From: a virus
Taxonomy: Duplodnaviria; Caudoviricetes
Strand: one strand, 5' to 3'
IMG/VR virus record: IMGVR_UViG_3300017909_001926
Location: 1-30,012 of that record
DNA: 30,012 nt
Below, piece after piece: positions 10,801-18,841 of the stretch. How positions within the stretch are numbered: the stretch's first letter is position 1; each line of letters starts with the position of its first letter. The position numbers and the translations under genes were made by a program. Under the pieces are notes generated by a model. That model saw nothing but the letters and a program-made list of their open reading frames with translations, did no database searches and was not told the origin of the DNA.

Positions 10801-12903
10801 CTTAAAGCAAAAAAAGAGATTCCAGAAGAGGTGGAGCTAACCTCCCTCGATGAATTTAAAATGTTAACCGAGTTTGCTGAGAGCCCTCAAGGACGAAGTT
10901 TATTACCCAATGGAGTACCTCTGTTAACAACAGCAGAAGAGTGGAAGACAATTCGTCAGCACATTTCAAATCTTATTGGTCAGAACCCCGGAAATAATCA
11001 GTACTTTAAAACCCTAAAAAAGGAGTGGGACGAGGTTGGTAATCCAGAAAGTCCACGAGGGTGGAGATCAGGCTGGAATGTAGGTGATCCACAGAACGTT
11101 GCTCAAGAAGTTAACGCGGCTTTTAAGACAGCACAGCAATTCTGGGAAACAAATATCGAAGATCGTTACGGTTCTCTTGATGACATGCGGAAGTGGAATA
11201 GCATGTTGACTAAGAAGGGCGTTGAACGAATAACTGCTGAAGGAGCAGACCGTTCTACCGTCATGAGAGAATTGGCTAAGGGCGTAGATACAAAAGATTT
11301 GCCAATGTACTGGCTGGACGGTGTCTTTAAAGAGGCTGTGGCTTTATCTCGTGGAAGAAACAATTTATCAACGATAGGTCTTCCACTATCTCCCAACGAA
11401 ATTGAAAACACAATTGAGCGCCCTCTAGCGATGATGTTTGGCGTAAAAGATCCGGCGGATAATCGCTGGAAGATTTTAGTTCAAGATGACTTTGATCCTA
11501 AGAATGTACTGCCTATCTACGGACGTGAAGCCCAACGATCAGTGCGCCTTTGGCTACAAGCAAAACTGCTAAACACGAAGGATGCAAAGCAAATTTTAAC
11601 AGAGACATACCGATCTCCAAGTGAATCGCTCGATAGAAGTGTCGTTGACACTCTTATTAGAAGCACAGCCAACCTTCAAGTTTACAAACGAAACGCGGAC
11701 GGTGACATAGTTCCTGTAGAAGGCACTGGTCTTACTCCACTACCTTACTCTGGAACTCTAGTTAAATCCGAGGAAGTTTTTGACGTGCTTCCATTTGAAG
11801 ATTTAGAGGCTGTGTCAGCTGAAGACTTAACTAAACTTGCTCAATTTAAAGAAACGTTTGAGGACTATAAAAAACAAACTCTTGCACAGGGCAAGCTTAC
11901 TATTAAAGAGCTTCAAACTGGACTCGAACGAGATCGTAGGGTCGCTAAACAGCTAGGGATTGATGTAGACCAAGCTCTCGGAAACTATGAAGATATTGGA
12001 AAGACAGTCTATAGAAATCTCGTAGAGGGAGGAGTTGAAGGAGGATTAGGTACGCTCAAAGATCGAGTAAGAATGGCGTATAAAAACGACATCGATGGTG
12101 TTTCGGACTTAGAGCTTAACAACCTCGTTGACGATTTCATTGAGCGATACACTCTTGAGCATATTATTAAAACCAGCCACGGTCCAGATGGCGCTTACTT
12201 ACCAGTGTATTCTGAGAAGTATGGTCAAACAATGTACATGCCGTCTATCGGCATAAACCACGTAGAACTTGCGAATAAGATGGGTTTAACTGATCCGGTG
12301 GTCGGAAGTAAAGTGCGTGAAATTATTGGAGACGATAAGTATGATGTGCTCGAGTCTGTCGTCAAGGTTGTAAGCAGAATGACACAACCGACAATGTCCG
12401 GAATAAGTGGACGAGTACCGACAACGTCTATGGAGAGTTTACTATCTCGCGGATACAACCTCAATAGAAATGTTGTTAGCCCACAATATACTGCTTTAGA
12501 GCTTGTGCTACGACAGAGTCGTCAGTCAGGAGGACGAGCCCTCCGAGCAATGCTAAATAATCCCCAGCTTGCAAGACGTGTACTTGACGAATTAGAAGCG
12601 GGCAATGTACCACCAGAAAAAAGCTACCCAGACATGATACGCGCACTTACAGTCGAGATTCTTCGACAAGAAGCAAGCAATGAATGGCGTCGAGAAAAGT
12701 ACAAAGAGGTTATTGTTCCGTTTGTTGACGACGAGAGAACGCCGCCTCCAGTGTTTGATGAATTTTCAGACTTAACCCAGAGGGATATACAGGGACCGCC
12801 AGTAGAGCCGCCCCCACCCCCTCAGTTAGAACAAGAAAGAACAGGAATATCAACAATTGACCAGCTACGTGCGCTGGGATTTCAAATTGGCGGACCCCGC
12901 TAA
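7897..12903 (+). CDS. Large putative internal virion (ejection) protein, 1668 aa
   Basis: Largest ORF, mostly helical, near the end of the structural module. No catalytic motif recognised. Confidence 0.55.
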   Translation: MDEINNPDLEIVVPDEDEGSRLTQFSDDTFAPPNPLADDEESNRRRQQFFETGAEGQVPYQAKGREIRNVRQALPIFAQGTSAEFDIVEGIEEGYEVPAVESPAVAEQRALLSHAQFYKVSDGTLKPFTSTGIDARYRELQLNDGVALVKNNPDGTPIFQTNAQGRKIAPTVPLQSSVRREEMLTGPEGPLPKLGGWAADAIASYKGVNSLEELDDRLKQFGMSEVGRTFMLDAHKYGALDNEKSGQGMMNALGFFVEIPDLARVIVTKGVTAGMDLVNMLFGEDKRTDESLATAIEKFSDKASYDFPNMQQIVAEKYGMDIRVVRHMMQPQGFKERVQKLGPEYGSIYGALATRFASKSLKEFGNLEKKAIEKHGGETFGEAMENAKKKGSSYQDFKMEYLTEEATKRTFPFFKGLRQAAQERRIDTGLGLRVREPGTKDRIMLLKDNVKGIDDQIDTAVKELQIARSANNTKAVSRTEKRIAGLNRQKEVLISETLTPKIIRDMGVEFGWAVTGVGAVTEGVTQFFGNDPETVPLIELGASLAVMMFANREGFANLGIRVSQESEDAVRNATAFITSKPDFSAKTAREQREIIKNAKDLDKATKRTLTDIANAPRDFQQLFLAGAAESASIRRDLIKLSEISGVQIDEDLFINTLGDVSGMGSLVTLSRNIDERIAVTGFDSAIPLLLQKEQVKTDQQMILRQMGTALQQLTRTLTATGSEVEGRETAQRLHTLLSEYIVKEQARIAQSEIDLQRVMTIGDREIEALHYGMNDVVTGGLDGATTLSEIFNYQDRALKLGLEPQTLKEFQMSPTEIMMQRAQALDDISQQRADLFRTKGFSLTPEMASTGEASLHAAQGFVHVNKYMYNKANGLYNNFTVEADKVKARADISDLGFDIISNPERFVEYNAELLGPRTALLREGKKLTKTSSAPFNALLLDSAERSMKIVSDNMDQVKPGAYNKLIQTLKAKKEIPEEVELTSLDEFKMLTEFAESPQGRSLLPNGVPLLTTAEEWKTIRQHISNLIGQNPGNNQYFKTLKKEWDEVGNPESPRGWRSGWNVGDPQNVAQEVNAAFKTAQQFWETNIEDRYGSLDDMRKWNSMLTKKGVERITAEGADRSTVMRELAKGVDTKDLPMYWLDGVFKEAVALSRGRNNLSTIGLPLSPNEIENTIERPLAMMFGVKDPADNRWKILVQDDFDPKNVLPIYGREAQRSVRLWLQAKLLNTKDAKQILTETYRSPSESLDRSVVDTLIRSTANLQVYKRNADGDIVPVEGTGLTPLPYSGTLVKSEEVFDVLPFEDLEAVSAEDLTKLAQFKETFEDYKKQTLAQGKLTIKELQTGLERDRRVAKQLGIDVDQALGNYEDIGKTVYRNLVEGGVEGGLGTLKDRVRMAYKNDIDGVSDLELNNLVDDFIERYTLEHIIKTSHGPDGAYLPVYSEKYGQTMYMPSIGINHVELANKMGLTDPVVGSKVREIIGDDKYDVLESVVKVVSRMTQPTMSGISGRVPTTSMESLLSRGYNLNRNVVSPQYTALELVLRQSRQSGGRALRAMLNNPQLARRVLDELEAGNVPPEKSYPDMIRALTVEILRQEASNEWRREKYKEVIVPFVDDERTPPPVFDEFSDLTQRDIQGPPVEPPPPPQLEQERTGISTIDQLRALGFQIGGPR

Positions 12904-12919
12904 AACTAAGGAGAAGTTA

Positions 12920-13165
12920 ATGAAAATGTACACCACACCGCCGCGTAAGCCAATGATGTATGGCGGTAAAGCAACTAAGGGCCGTACTAAGATGGCCGCA
13001 GGCGGTAAAATGCCTATGGTCGAAAAAGACGGAAAAAAGATTCCTGCATTTGCCGCTGATGGTAAGGGCAAGATGATGTACGGCGGTAAGGCCACCAAAG
13101 GTAGATCTAAAATGATGTACGGTGGGAAGTCTACCAAAGGCGGCATGAAGATGAAGAAAAAATAG
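12920..13165 (+). CDS. Small K/M/G-rich repeat protein (81 aa)
   Basis: AAGGAG RBS upstream of ATG 12920. Three MMYGGK(A/S)TKG repeats plus MAAGGK. Confidence 0.75.
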   Translation: MKMYTTPPRKPMMYGGKATKGRTKMAAGGKMPMVEKDGKKIPAFAADGKGKMMYGGKATKGRSKMMYGGKSTKGGMKMKKK

Positions 13166-13202
13166 TTTACATAACAAGAAAAACGATTCTACCTGCCAGT
13201 TT

Positions 13203-13228
13203 CCCCGGCCTTGCGCCGGGGTTTTTTA
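13203..13228 (+). terminator. Intrinsic terminator at the convergence of the late and replication modules
   Basis: CCCCGGC-cttgc-GCCGGGG followed by a T tract, between converging genes. Confidence 0.8.
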
Positions 13229-13897
13229 TTCGGGGGCGTACAGATTGTTGAAGGTAATAAAAGGATCAGTGTAGGTACTGTGTCCCTCTGCTGAGTGTGT
13301 CCATTGACTCGGGGCAAAGTCCGGCGCACCCTCGCCTGTTCTCCACAAAGCAGGGCTTGTTGCTCGCACACGATTGTTAGGAAGAGCTACGATGTTTCCT
13401 TCCCAATCTCCCTCGGTGAGATACAGAACGTGCGACTGTTTGTGCTGGTCAGGTGAGTCTGCAATATCATTCTCTGTATAATCCACCGTAAATAAATATC
13501 GTGCTCCATAAAACTCCCCATCAATCTTTGCAACCCACGGACTAGAACTCACACGATCCATAACCACAACACTGTGGTGACGAGACTCACAGTCCCAAGG
13601 TTGTGCGAGATGGTCCTCCATTCGGGCGGGCCACTCGTCTAGTTCGAGGTCCATAACCAGTGCTTGAATGGGCATCCTTGCCCACATAGCACCTCCGTGT
13701 ACATTTTCCAAGCCGTCCTCGAGGTCAATCTCGCATCCTGTGAATACCACCTGAAATGATAGAGAACGGTCAGGTATCGTGTTTACTGCAATAGCGAGAG
13801 CATGAAGATACTCGCCGTGATACTGCTGATGATTCGCTGTAAACTCTTTGCGAACCCAGCATTTAAAATAAGGGATGTTAGAAATTAGGTACGACAT
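13226..13897 (-). CDS. Conserved hypothetical phage protein (223 aa)
   Basis: Long ORF with RBS, rich in W/H/C/D. Last gene of the replication operon. Confidence 0.8.
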   Translation of the reverse strand: MSYLISNIPYFKCWVRKEFTANHQQYHGEYLHALAIAVNTIPDRSLSFQVVFTGCEIDLEDGLENVHGGAMWARMPIQALVMDLELDEWPARMEDHLAQPWDCESRHHSVVVMDRVSSSPWVAKIDGEFYGARYLFTVDYTENDIADSPDQHKQSHVLYLTEGDWEGNIVALPNNRVRATSPALWRTGEGAPDFAPSQWTHSAEGHSTYTDPFITFNNLYAPE

Positions 13898-14094
13898 TCT
13901 GCAATATCTTCTTGAAGGTTACGAAAATAGTCACGTACTATTTTTCCAATACGTGGTCCGTAGGCTGGATCACCCAACGGTCTAAGAACTCTCTCCATTC
14001 CTATCGTGTCGACACAATCAAGATTAAACTCTAGGTTGCCGTCACGGTTTAGGTCGATAGTGAAGTTGAGCAAGTTTGCTTTTGGATCTGCCAT
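13885..14094 (-). CDS. Hypothetical protein
   Basis: GAGGA RBS. Fills the operon between its neighbours. Confidence 0.6.
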   Translation of the reverse strand: MADPKANLLNFTIDLNRDGNLEFNLDCVDTIGMERVLRPLGDPAYGPRIGKIVRDYFRNLQEDIAECRT

Positions 14095-14555
14095 AAGTCC
14101 TCTATAGCTAAATTGTAGCAGTCAGCTTTGAATACAAAGTTGTTGCGCTCGTCCTTGTCGCCCTTTTTGTGTTTAACTGCTTTAGCAAAGTACTTATCTT
14201 TTTGCATCCTACCAACAATCCACGCCTTTTGCAAGTTATCTAAAACACGCACGAAAATATACTCGTCACATCTTTGCTTGGTACCGTGCGCCGCAATACT
14301 ACACTCGTAGTAAGGTTTAGGTGCAGATGTGCAACGTTTAGTTTTTACGTCGATGGTAACCCCTTCTGGTGTGTAGAGGTCGTAGTGCGGGTTGGGTGTG
14401 TGGGTATACCCAAAGTAGTCGCGTACGATAATCTCACCAAGAGCCCCGGCGGGGCTTCCTGCCCCTCGGGTTATACTTCCTTGTAAGCTCATTAGTTGGC
14501 CCGAAGTTTTTCGAGCCTCACTAATCTGGTTCTCAGTTGGAGTAATCTCGATCAT
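14049..14555 (-). CDS. Putative PD-(D/E)XK-fold nuclease-like protein
   Basis: GALGE...YDL...IDVKTK pattern. Confidence 0.55.
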   Translation of the reverse strand: MIEITPTENQISEARKTSGQLMSLQGSITRGAGSPAGALGEIIVRDYFGYTHTPNPHYDLYTPEGVTIDVKTKRCTSAPKPYYECSIAAHGTKQRCDEYIFVRVLDNLQKAWIVGRMQKDKYFAKAVKHKKGDKDERNNFVFKADCYNLAIEDLWQIQKQTCSTSLST

Positions 14556-14709
14556 ACGGCTTCCTGAATCTGAGTTTGTTCCGTAGATCGTAAATCATCT
14601 TACGCGCCGAGTCAAGCAATTCAGCATCACCTATCAGGGGATTTGCTCTTGCGGCATCGGCATTTAACTTTAGTCGGTCTAGCATTGTCTGAACTTGCTT
14701 ATCTGTCAC
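14533..14709 (-). CDS. Small hypothetical protein (58 aa)
   Basis: Not in ORF track. GTGA overlap with the nrdB stop. MTDKQVQTMLDRLKLNADAARANPLIGDAELLDSARKMIYDLRNKLRFRKPYDRDYSN fills the gap. Confidence 0.55.
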   Translation of the reverse strand: MTDKQVQTMLDRLKLNADAARANPLIGDAELLDSARKMIYDLRNKLRFRKPYDRDYSN

Positions 14710-15692
14710 GCGGCTTCCTCTACTTTCTCAACGGTTTCCGGCCAACCCCATTCACCTACCATCCCATTCGCATTGTAGTCCGTCACAGTGCCCTCAAAAA
14801 AGTTTTTGTGACTCGCCCCATTAATAATCCAATCGAGCCACGGGAGCGGGTTCTCCTTGACCTTCCAGTTACCTTTGAGGCCGAGCATAATCAAGCGACG
14901 ATCTGCTAGGTATCGGATGTACTGTTTGATTTCTTCCGCCGTGACACCTTCCACATGTCCCATTTCGTACGCATTATCGATAACTTTGTCTTCAAGTGCA
15001 ACGGCACCTCGGAACATATCGTAGATATCTTTCTTAAAATCGTCCGTAATAATTCTTGGATGTTCATCACAAAACTCCCTGAATAATTTAACCATACCTT
15101 CGCAGTGCATAGACTCGTCGCGGATAGACCACTCCACAATCTCACACATGCCTCTCATTTTACCGAACCTCTGGTAGTTCAGCAACATTGCAAACGCGCT
15201 GAAGAGGCTCATGCCCTCGTTCATCACGCTCCGTGCAATTGCTTTTGCCATGCCAGAGATACTGTGCATATCAATGTCCGCCATGTACTCAACCTTGTCA
15301 GCCATAGCTTGATACTCACGAAAAGCAGAAAACTCCGACTCTGGTAGCCCCAGCGTGTCATTTAATAGTGCGTAACTTCTTTGGTGTACGAACTCCCGGT
15401 TCGCAAAGGACGTAAGCATCGCACGAATCTCGTTGTTTTTGAATTTGGGAATGTAGTGCTCGAGGTAGTTGGTGCCGACTTGTACGTCTGACTGCGTAAA
15501 CAATTTAAGTATCTGAGTAATATGATGTTTCTCTTGAGCGTTAAGCTTGCCGCCCTGCCACTGTGCTACATCCTCTTGCAGTTTTGCCTCCCATTCACCC
15601 CAGTGAACTTTCTCGTGGGACACTGCATATTCGACAGCCCAAGGATACTTAAATGGCTTGTAAACCTTTGATTCTTCTAGTAAAGACATCAT
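14706..15692 (-). CDS. nrdB: Ribonucleotide reductase class I beta subunit
   Basis: YKPFKYPWA, FTQSDVQV, EFVHQRSY (ExxH plus radical Tyr), EGMSLF, DESMH and NFFE motifs. Confidence 0.95.
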   Translation of the reverse strand: MMSLLEESKVYKPFKYPWAVEYAVSHEKVHWGEWEAKLQEDVAQWQGGKLNAQEKHHITQILKLFTQSDVQVGTNYLEHYIPKFKNNEIRAMLTSFANREFVHQRSYALLNDTLGLPESEFSAFREYQAMADKVEYMADIDMHSISGMAKAIARSVMNEGMSLFSAFAMLLNYQRFGKMRGMCEIVEWSIRDESMHCEGMVKLFREFCDEHPRIITDDFKKDIYDMFRGAVALEDKVIDNAYEMGHVEGVTAEEIKQYIRYLADRRLIMLGLKGNWKVKENPLPWLDWIINGASHKNFFEGTVTDYNANGMVGEWGWPETVEKVEEAA

Positions 15693-15714
15693 ACGTCCTT
15701 TATTTTAATAGTGG

Positions 15715-15736
15715 AAAAAAAAGGCCCCGAAGGGCC
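15715..15736 (-). terminator. Intrinsic terminator (cUUCGg loop) just upstream of nrdB
   Basis: Minus strand reads GGCCC-TTCG-GGGCC-TTTTTTTT. Confidence 0.85.
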
Positions 15737-15786
15737 CGAACAAGCTAGTGGATCAGACTAGCAAGGGGAGTAATCTCATTCCTTAA
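15715..15786 (-). ncRNA. Candidate small RNA / attenuator leader (~70 nt)
   Basis: Own sigma70-like promoter upstream, internal hairpin GCTAGT-N7-ACTAGC, CU-rich ACTCCCCTT tract, and a terminator. Confidence 0.5.
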
Positions 15787-15820
15787 CATCCATGTTAAGA
15801 CTCCGACTTCTCGTCGTCAA
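15782..15820 (-). promoter_or_regulatory. Sigma70-like promoter overlapped by a perfect palindrome
   Basis: TTGACG (15820-15815)-N17-TAACAT (15797-15792). Palindrome CTTAACAT-N2-ATGTTAAG at 15782-15799. Confidence 0.65.
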
Positions 15821-15917
15821 GCGGTTTCTTTCCAAACACTTTGTCCCAGTTGGAACTAAACTTTTTGTAGTCGCGTGGACGGGAGGCACTACCCTTACCA
15901 CCGTGTGGTCTAGTCAT
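15795..15917 (-). CDS. Small phage protein (40 aa)
   Basis: Not in ORF track. GGAGG RBS. MTRPHGGKGSASRPRDYKKFSSNWDKVFGKKPLDDEKSES resembles the common KGS.RP...NWD.IF mini-protein type. Confidence 0.6.
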   Translation of the reverse strand: MTRPHGGKGSASRPRDYKKFSSNWDKVFGKKPLDDEKSES

Positions 15918-16119
15918 CGTCCTCCACCTCTTGTCTGACTTCGTCGTCATCGTCTAAATCTCCGTGCAATTGATCGTACATGTCCATAAGCCCGCTGTAG
16001 CACATTGGACAGAGAGAGAAGGGTATGATACCTATGAACCCCTGAACGCCTCCCTCTGACTCTATATCGAACTCACAGGAGCATATATTACATTTGTCAT
16101 CCGGTTCTAGCCCTGACAT
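15910..16119 (-). CDS. Small CxxC...CxxC protein with acidic tail
   Basis: CNIC and CPMC motifs. Overlaps the nrdA stop. Confidence 0.6.
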   Translation of the reverse strand: MSGLEPDDKCNICSCEFDIESEGGVQGFIGIIPFSLCPMCYSGLMDMYDQLHGDLDDDDEVRQEVEDDD

Positions 16120-17861
16120 GAGACACACTCTTCTGCATCTTGGAGTGCAACTCGCTCAACCGCAAGGCCAACTTTATCCGCTTCGATTCCGGCGTCAGTC
16201 CGTAAGTAATAGAGCGACTTGAGTTTCTCTTTCCACGCTCTAAGATGGACCGAATTGACATAAGACGCAGGCGAATTTGCCGGGAAGAAAAGATTGACGG
16301 ACTGCGCCTGACAAATGTATTGCTGTCTGTCTCCTGCGTGTTCGACAACCCAGCCCTGATCGATTTCATACGCAGTTTTAAAGACAGCTTTTTCATCATC
16401 GGACAACCATTCCAGATGCTGTACCGAACCCTGAGACGCAACCACTGTCTTCCAAACCGCCTCGGTGTTGTAACCTTTTTCATCTAAGACCTCCTCGAGT
16501 TTTGGGTTCTTGACGAGGTGAGCACCCGCACGAGTACGATGGGTATAAGCATTAGACTTAATAGGCTCAATAGAAGCACTACAACCACAGATGATAGAAC
16601 TATTAGCATTGGGTGCCACAGCGAGCAAATGGGCATTACGTCGTCCCGTACCACGCATGTCAGGAGCTTCACCCTTTTCCTTGCCAAGACGTAGACTCTC
16701 CTCGACAGCCTGTGCTTTGATGTCGGCAAAGATACGTTGGTTCGCAAACTTTGCAGAAAGACTTTCCCACGGGATATTATTTGCTTGCAAGTATCCATGC
16801 CAACCCATTGCTCCTAGGCCGATTGACCTTTCTCGTTTAGCTGAGTGAACAGCTTTTGAAAGTTCTTTTGGTGCATTTCTGATAAAGAATTCAAGGACGT
16901 TGTCCAAGAATCGTACCAAGTCTCCAACCATTCCTGATTCTTTCCACTCGTCGTACTTTTCGAGGTTGACGCTTGAGAGGCAACAAACCGCCGTCCGTTT
17001 TTCAGATGTAGGGAGAGTGATTTCAGAGCATAGGTTAGACCCTCTAACTGCGAGTCCAAGTGCCTTTTGAGAATCCGGTAACTTTCTGTTGGACTCGTCG
17101 ATGAAGTGTAAGTAAGGTGAGCCAGTTCTGAACCGAGCTTCAAGTATTCTTTCCCACAAGCTTCTAGCTGGGATTGAATCTCTGACAGATCCGTCATTAG
17201 GGTCTCGTAATTGCCATTCTGTTCCATTTTCTACCGCCTCCATAAATTCGTCGGTGATGTTTACGGCATTGAACAGGTTGAAACATTTCCTGTTGATGTC
17301 GCCGCCTGTTGGTACTTTGAAGTTAATGAACTCAATAATGTCGGGATGCGACACATCGAGGTATGCGGCATAGGAACCTTTGCGTGTGCGTCCTTGCTTC
17401 CATGCTGTCATGCCGGAATCAACGACTTTCATGAAGGGAATGGGGCCCGGTGCTTTGTCGCTTATACCGCGTACATCAGACCAGTGACCACCGACTCCAC
17501 CTCCTTTGACAGATAGCCATGCAGTTTCAGCATTGTGAGCAATAAGGGAGTCCAGATTGTCACCAACATAAGTGAGGAAACAACTAATAGGAAGTCCTTT
17601 GGCTGGTTCGTCATCTCTAGGTGCATTAGATAAGACCGGAGAAGCAAACATAAACCAACGCTTGCTAGCATAGTCATAAATGCGTTGAGCAAAAGCATAG
17701 TCGCCTCCACAGTAAGCGAGAGCCGCACGAGCAAAAGCCTCTTGCGGGCTGGACTCGTCAGGAAGCATATAATAATCCGTAAGAAGTTTTAGGGCTTGGC
17801 CTGAGAATTGTTCGTCACGGTCATAGTCAATGGCAATTCTGCCACAGTACATCGCTTCCAT
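16107..17861 (-). CDS. nrdA: Ribonucleotide reductase class I alpha subunit (short, no ATP cone evident)
   Basis: ASPVLSN, PISCF, GGGVG, NLCSEI, CCLSS, APNANSS, SLYYLR and C-terminal CVSCQG motifs. Confidence 0.95.
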   Translation of the reverse strand: MEAMYCGRIAIDYDRDEQFSGQALKLLTDYYMLPDESSPQEAFARAALAYCGGDYAFAQRIYDYASKRWFMFASPVLSNAPRDDEPAKGLPISCFLTYVGDNLDSLIAHNAETAWLSVKGGGVGGHWSDVRGISDKAPGPIPFMKVVDSGMTAWKQGRTRKGSYAAYLDVSHPDIIEFINFKVPTGGDINRKCFNLFNAVNITDEFMEAVENGTEWQLRDPNDGSVRDSIPARSLWERILEARFRTGSPYLHFIDESNRKLPDSQKALGLAVRGSNLCSEITLPTSEKRTAVCCLSSVNLEKYDEWKESGMVGDLVRFLDNVLEFFIRNAPKELSKAVHSAKRERSIGLGAMGWHGYLQANNIPWESLSAKFANQRIFADIKAQAVEESLRLGKEKGEAPDMRGTGRRNAHLLAVAPNANSSIICGCSASIEPIKSNAYTHRTRAGAHLVKNPKLEEVLDEKGYNTEAVWKTVVASQGSVQHLEWLSDDEKAVFKTAYEIDQGWVVEHAGDRQQYICQAQSVNLFFPANSPASYVNSVHLRAWKEKLKSLYYLRTDAGIEADKVGLAVERVALQDAEECVSCQG

Positions 17862-17862
17862 C

Positions 17863-18075
17863 TTATTGCAGTTCCTTTATTAAACGTTCCACGTACCACT
17901 TGCATTTTTCAGCGTTAATACGGGGGGTGTCTTTTTTGTGCAACCGCAATAAATATTTTATTGCAGTGCAACGTAAATGTCCAGTAAATTCTTCATCAGA
18001 ACAAAATGCCCGCATAACTTCAATAGCTTCAAGGGTCTCTGTCTTATAATGATCGGGGTTTATTAGGTCTTTCAT
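17863..18075 (-). CDS. DUF3310 (SaV / T7 gp1.7-like) protein
   Basis: INPDHY...EAIEVM...IKYLLR..KK...EKCKWYVERLI pattern. Confidence 0.8.
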   Translation of the reverse strand: MKDLINPDHYKTETLEAIEVMRAFCSDEEFTGHLRCTAIKYLLRLHKKDTPRINAEKCKWYVERLIKELQ

Positions 18076-18461
18076 TGCAGTATGTTGCCAAAATCTGCCT
18101 GAATAACATTACCTTCCATGCCTTTGATACGTTCTTTGTGCTCGGGTTTTAGATCTTCTTCCGGGACGATTTCACCCAGCGTCTCCAGCGTAACCCTTTC
18201 CAATCCCATGTCGTAGAGATTGTCGAAGTCTTCGTGTACTGCCCCAAGTAAACCTTGAAGTATAACATACGTCGGGTTAACGACCTTCTCACCTTCAACT
18301 TCATCGTGAGTATCGCGAGTTGCATATGCACGAATAGCAAAGCCATCCTCGTTTCCATCTTCATTTTCTAGTGGCTCCAGCACTATGTAGTATCTACCTT
18401 TAAGAAGTCCTGCCTGTTCAAGGGCGGCAATCTTTTCTTGATCGAGTATTAAATCTGTCAT
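18072..18461 (-). CDS. Hypothetical acidic protein
   Basis: Start at ATG 18461 (ATGA overlap, GGAG RBS). Ends NVIQADFG. Confidence 0.7.
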   Translation of the reverse strand: MTDLILDQEKIAALEQAGLLKGRYYIVLEPLENEDGNEDGFAIRAYATRDTHDEVEGEKVVNPTYVILQGLLGAVHEDFDNLYDMGLERVTLETLGEIVPEEDLKPEHKERIKGMEGNVIQADFGNILQ

Positions 18462-18841
18462 GTTGTTTTCTCCAACCATTCAAGTGGGAGGTAACCATCC
18501 GCCCATTTAATCTTGTGCTTATCGCACCAAGAACCATAAGTTGTTTTGCTACTTCTGTTTAGCTTGTTCGATGCTCTCAGGAAAAGCATCCGTATGTCAA
18601 GGGTAGGATTGTCTTTAATTACGAGTAGCATTTTTTGTCGGTCAGCCGGTGAAAAGAAACCCTTAGCTTCGACATATATGTCAGAAGCAGGTAAATAAAA
18701 GTCCGGCGTATAGGTCTTAGGTTTAGGGTAGTACACTAGCTTGTGGCTTTCGTACTCGTACTTGACGCCTTGTTCTGAAAGTTTCTTAGCTACTTGTAGT
18801 TCGTAGTCTGAACGGAAGCGATGTCGCTGGGGTTTGCTCAT
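18458..18841 (-). CDS. T7 gp3-like endonuclease I (Holliday junction resolvase)
   Basis: FRSDYE...YEYE...YTPDF...EAKGFF...DRQKM...TTYGSWCDKH. Confidence 0.9.
   Translation of the reverse strand: MSKPQRHRFRSDYELQVAKKLSEQGVKYEYESHKLVYYPKPKTYTPDFYLPASDIYVEAKGFFSPADRQKMLLVIKDNPTLDIRMLFLRASNKLNRSSKTTYGSWCDKHKIKWADGYLPLEWLEKTT

Noticed and set aside
15715-15790. tRNA or cobalamin riboswitch upstream of nrdB
   Set aside because: No cloverleaf or T-loop/acceptor arrangement. Too short for a cobalamin riboswitch and lacks a B12 box.
15783-15798. Canonical CtrA box
   Set aside because: Spacing is TTAA-N8-TTAA rather than N7. Kept only as an unassigned palindrome.
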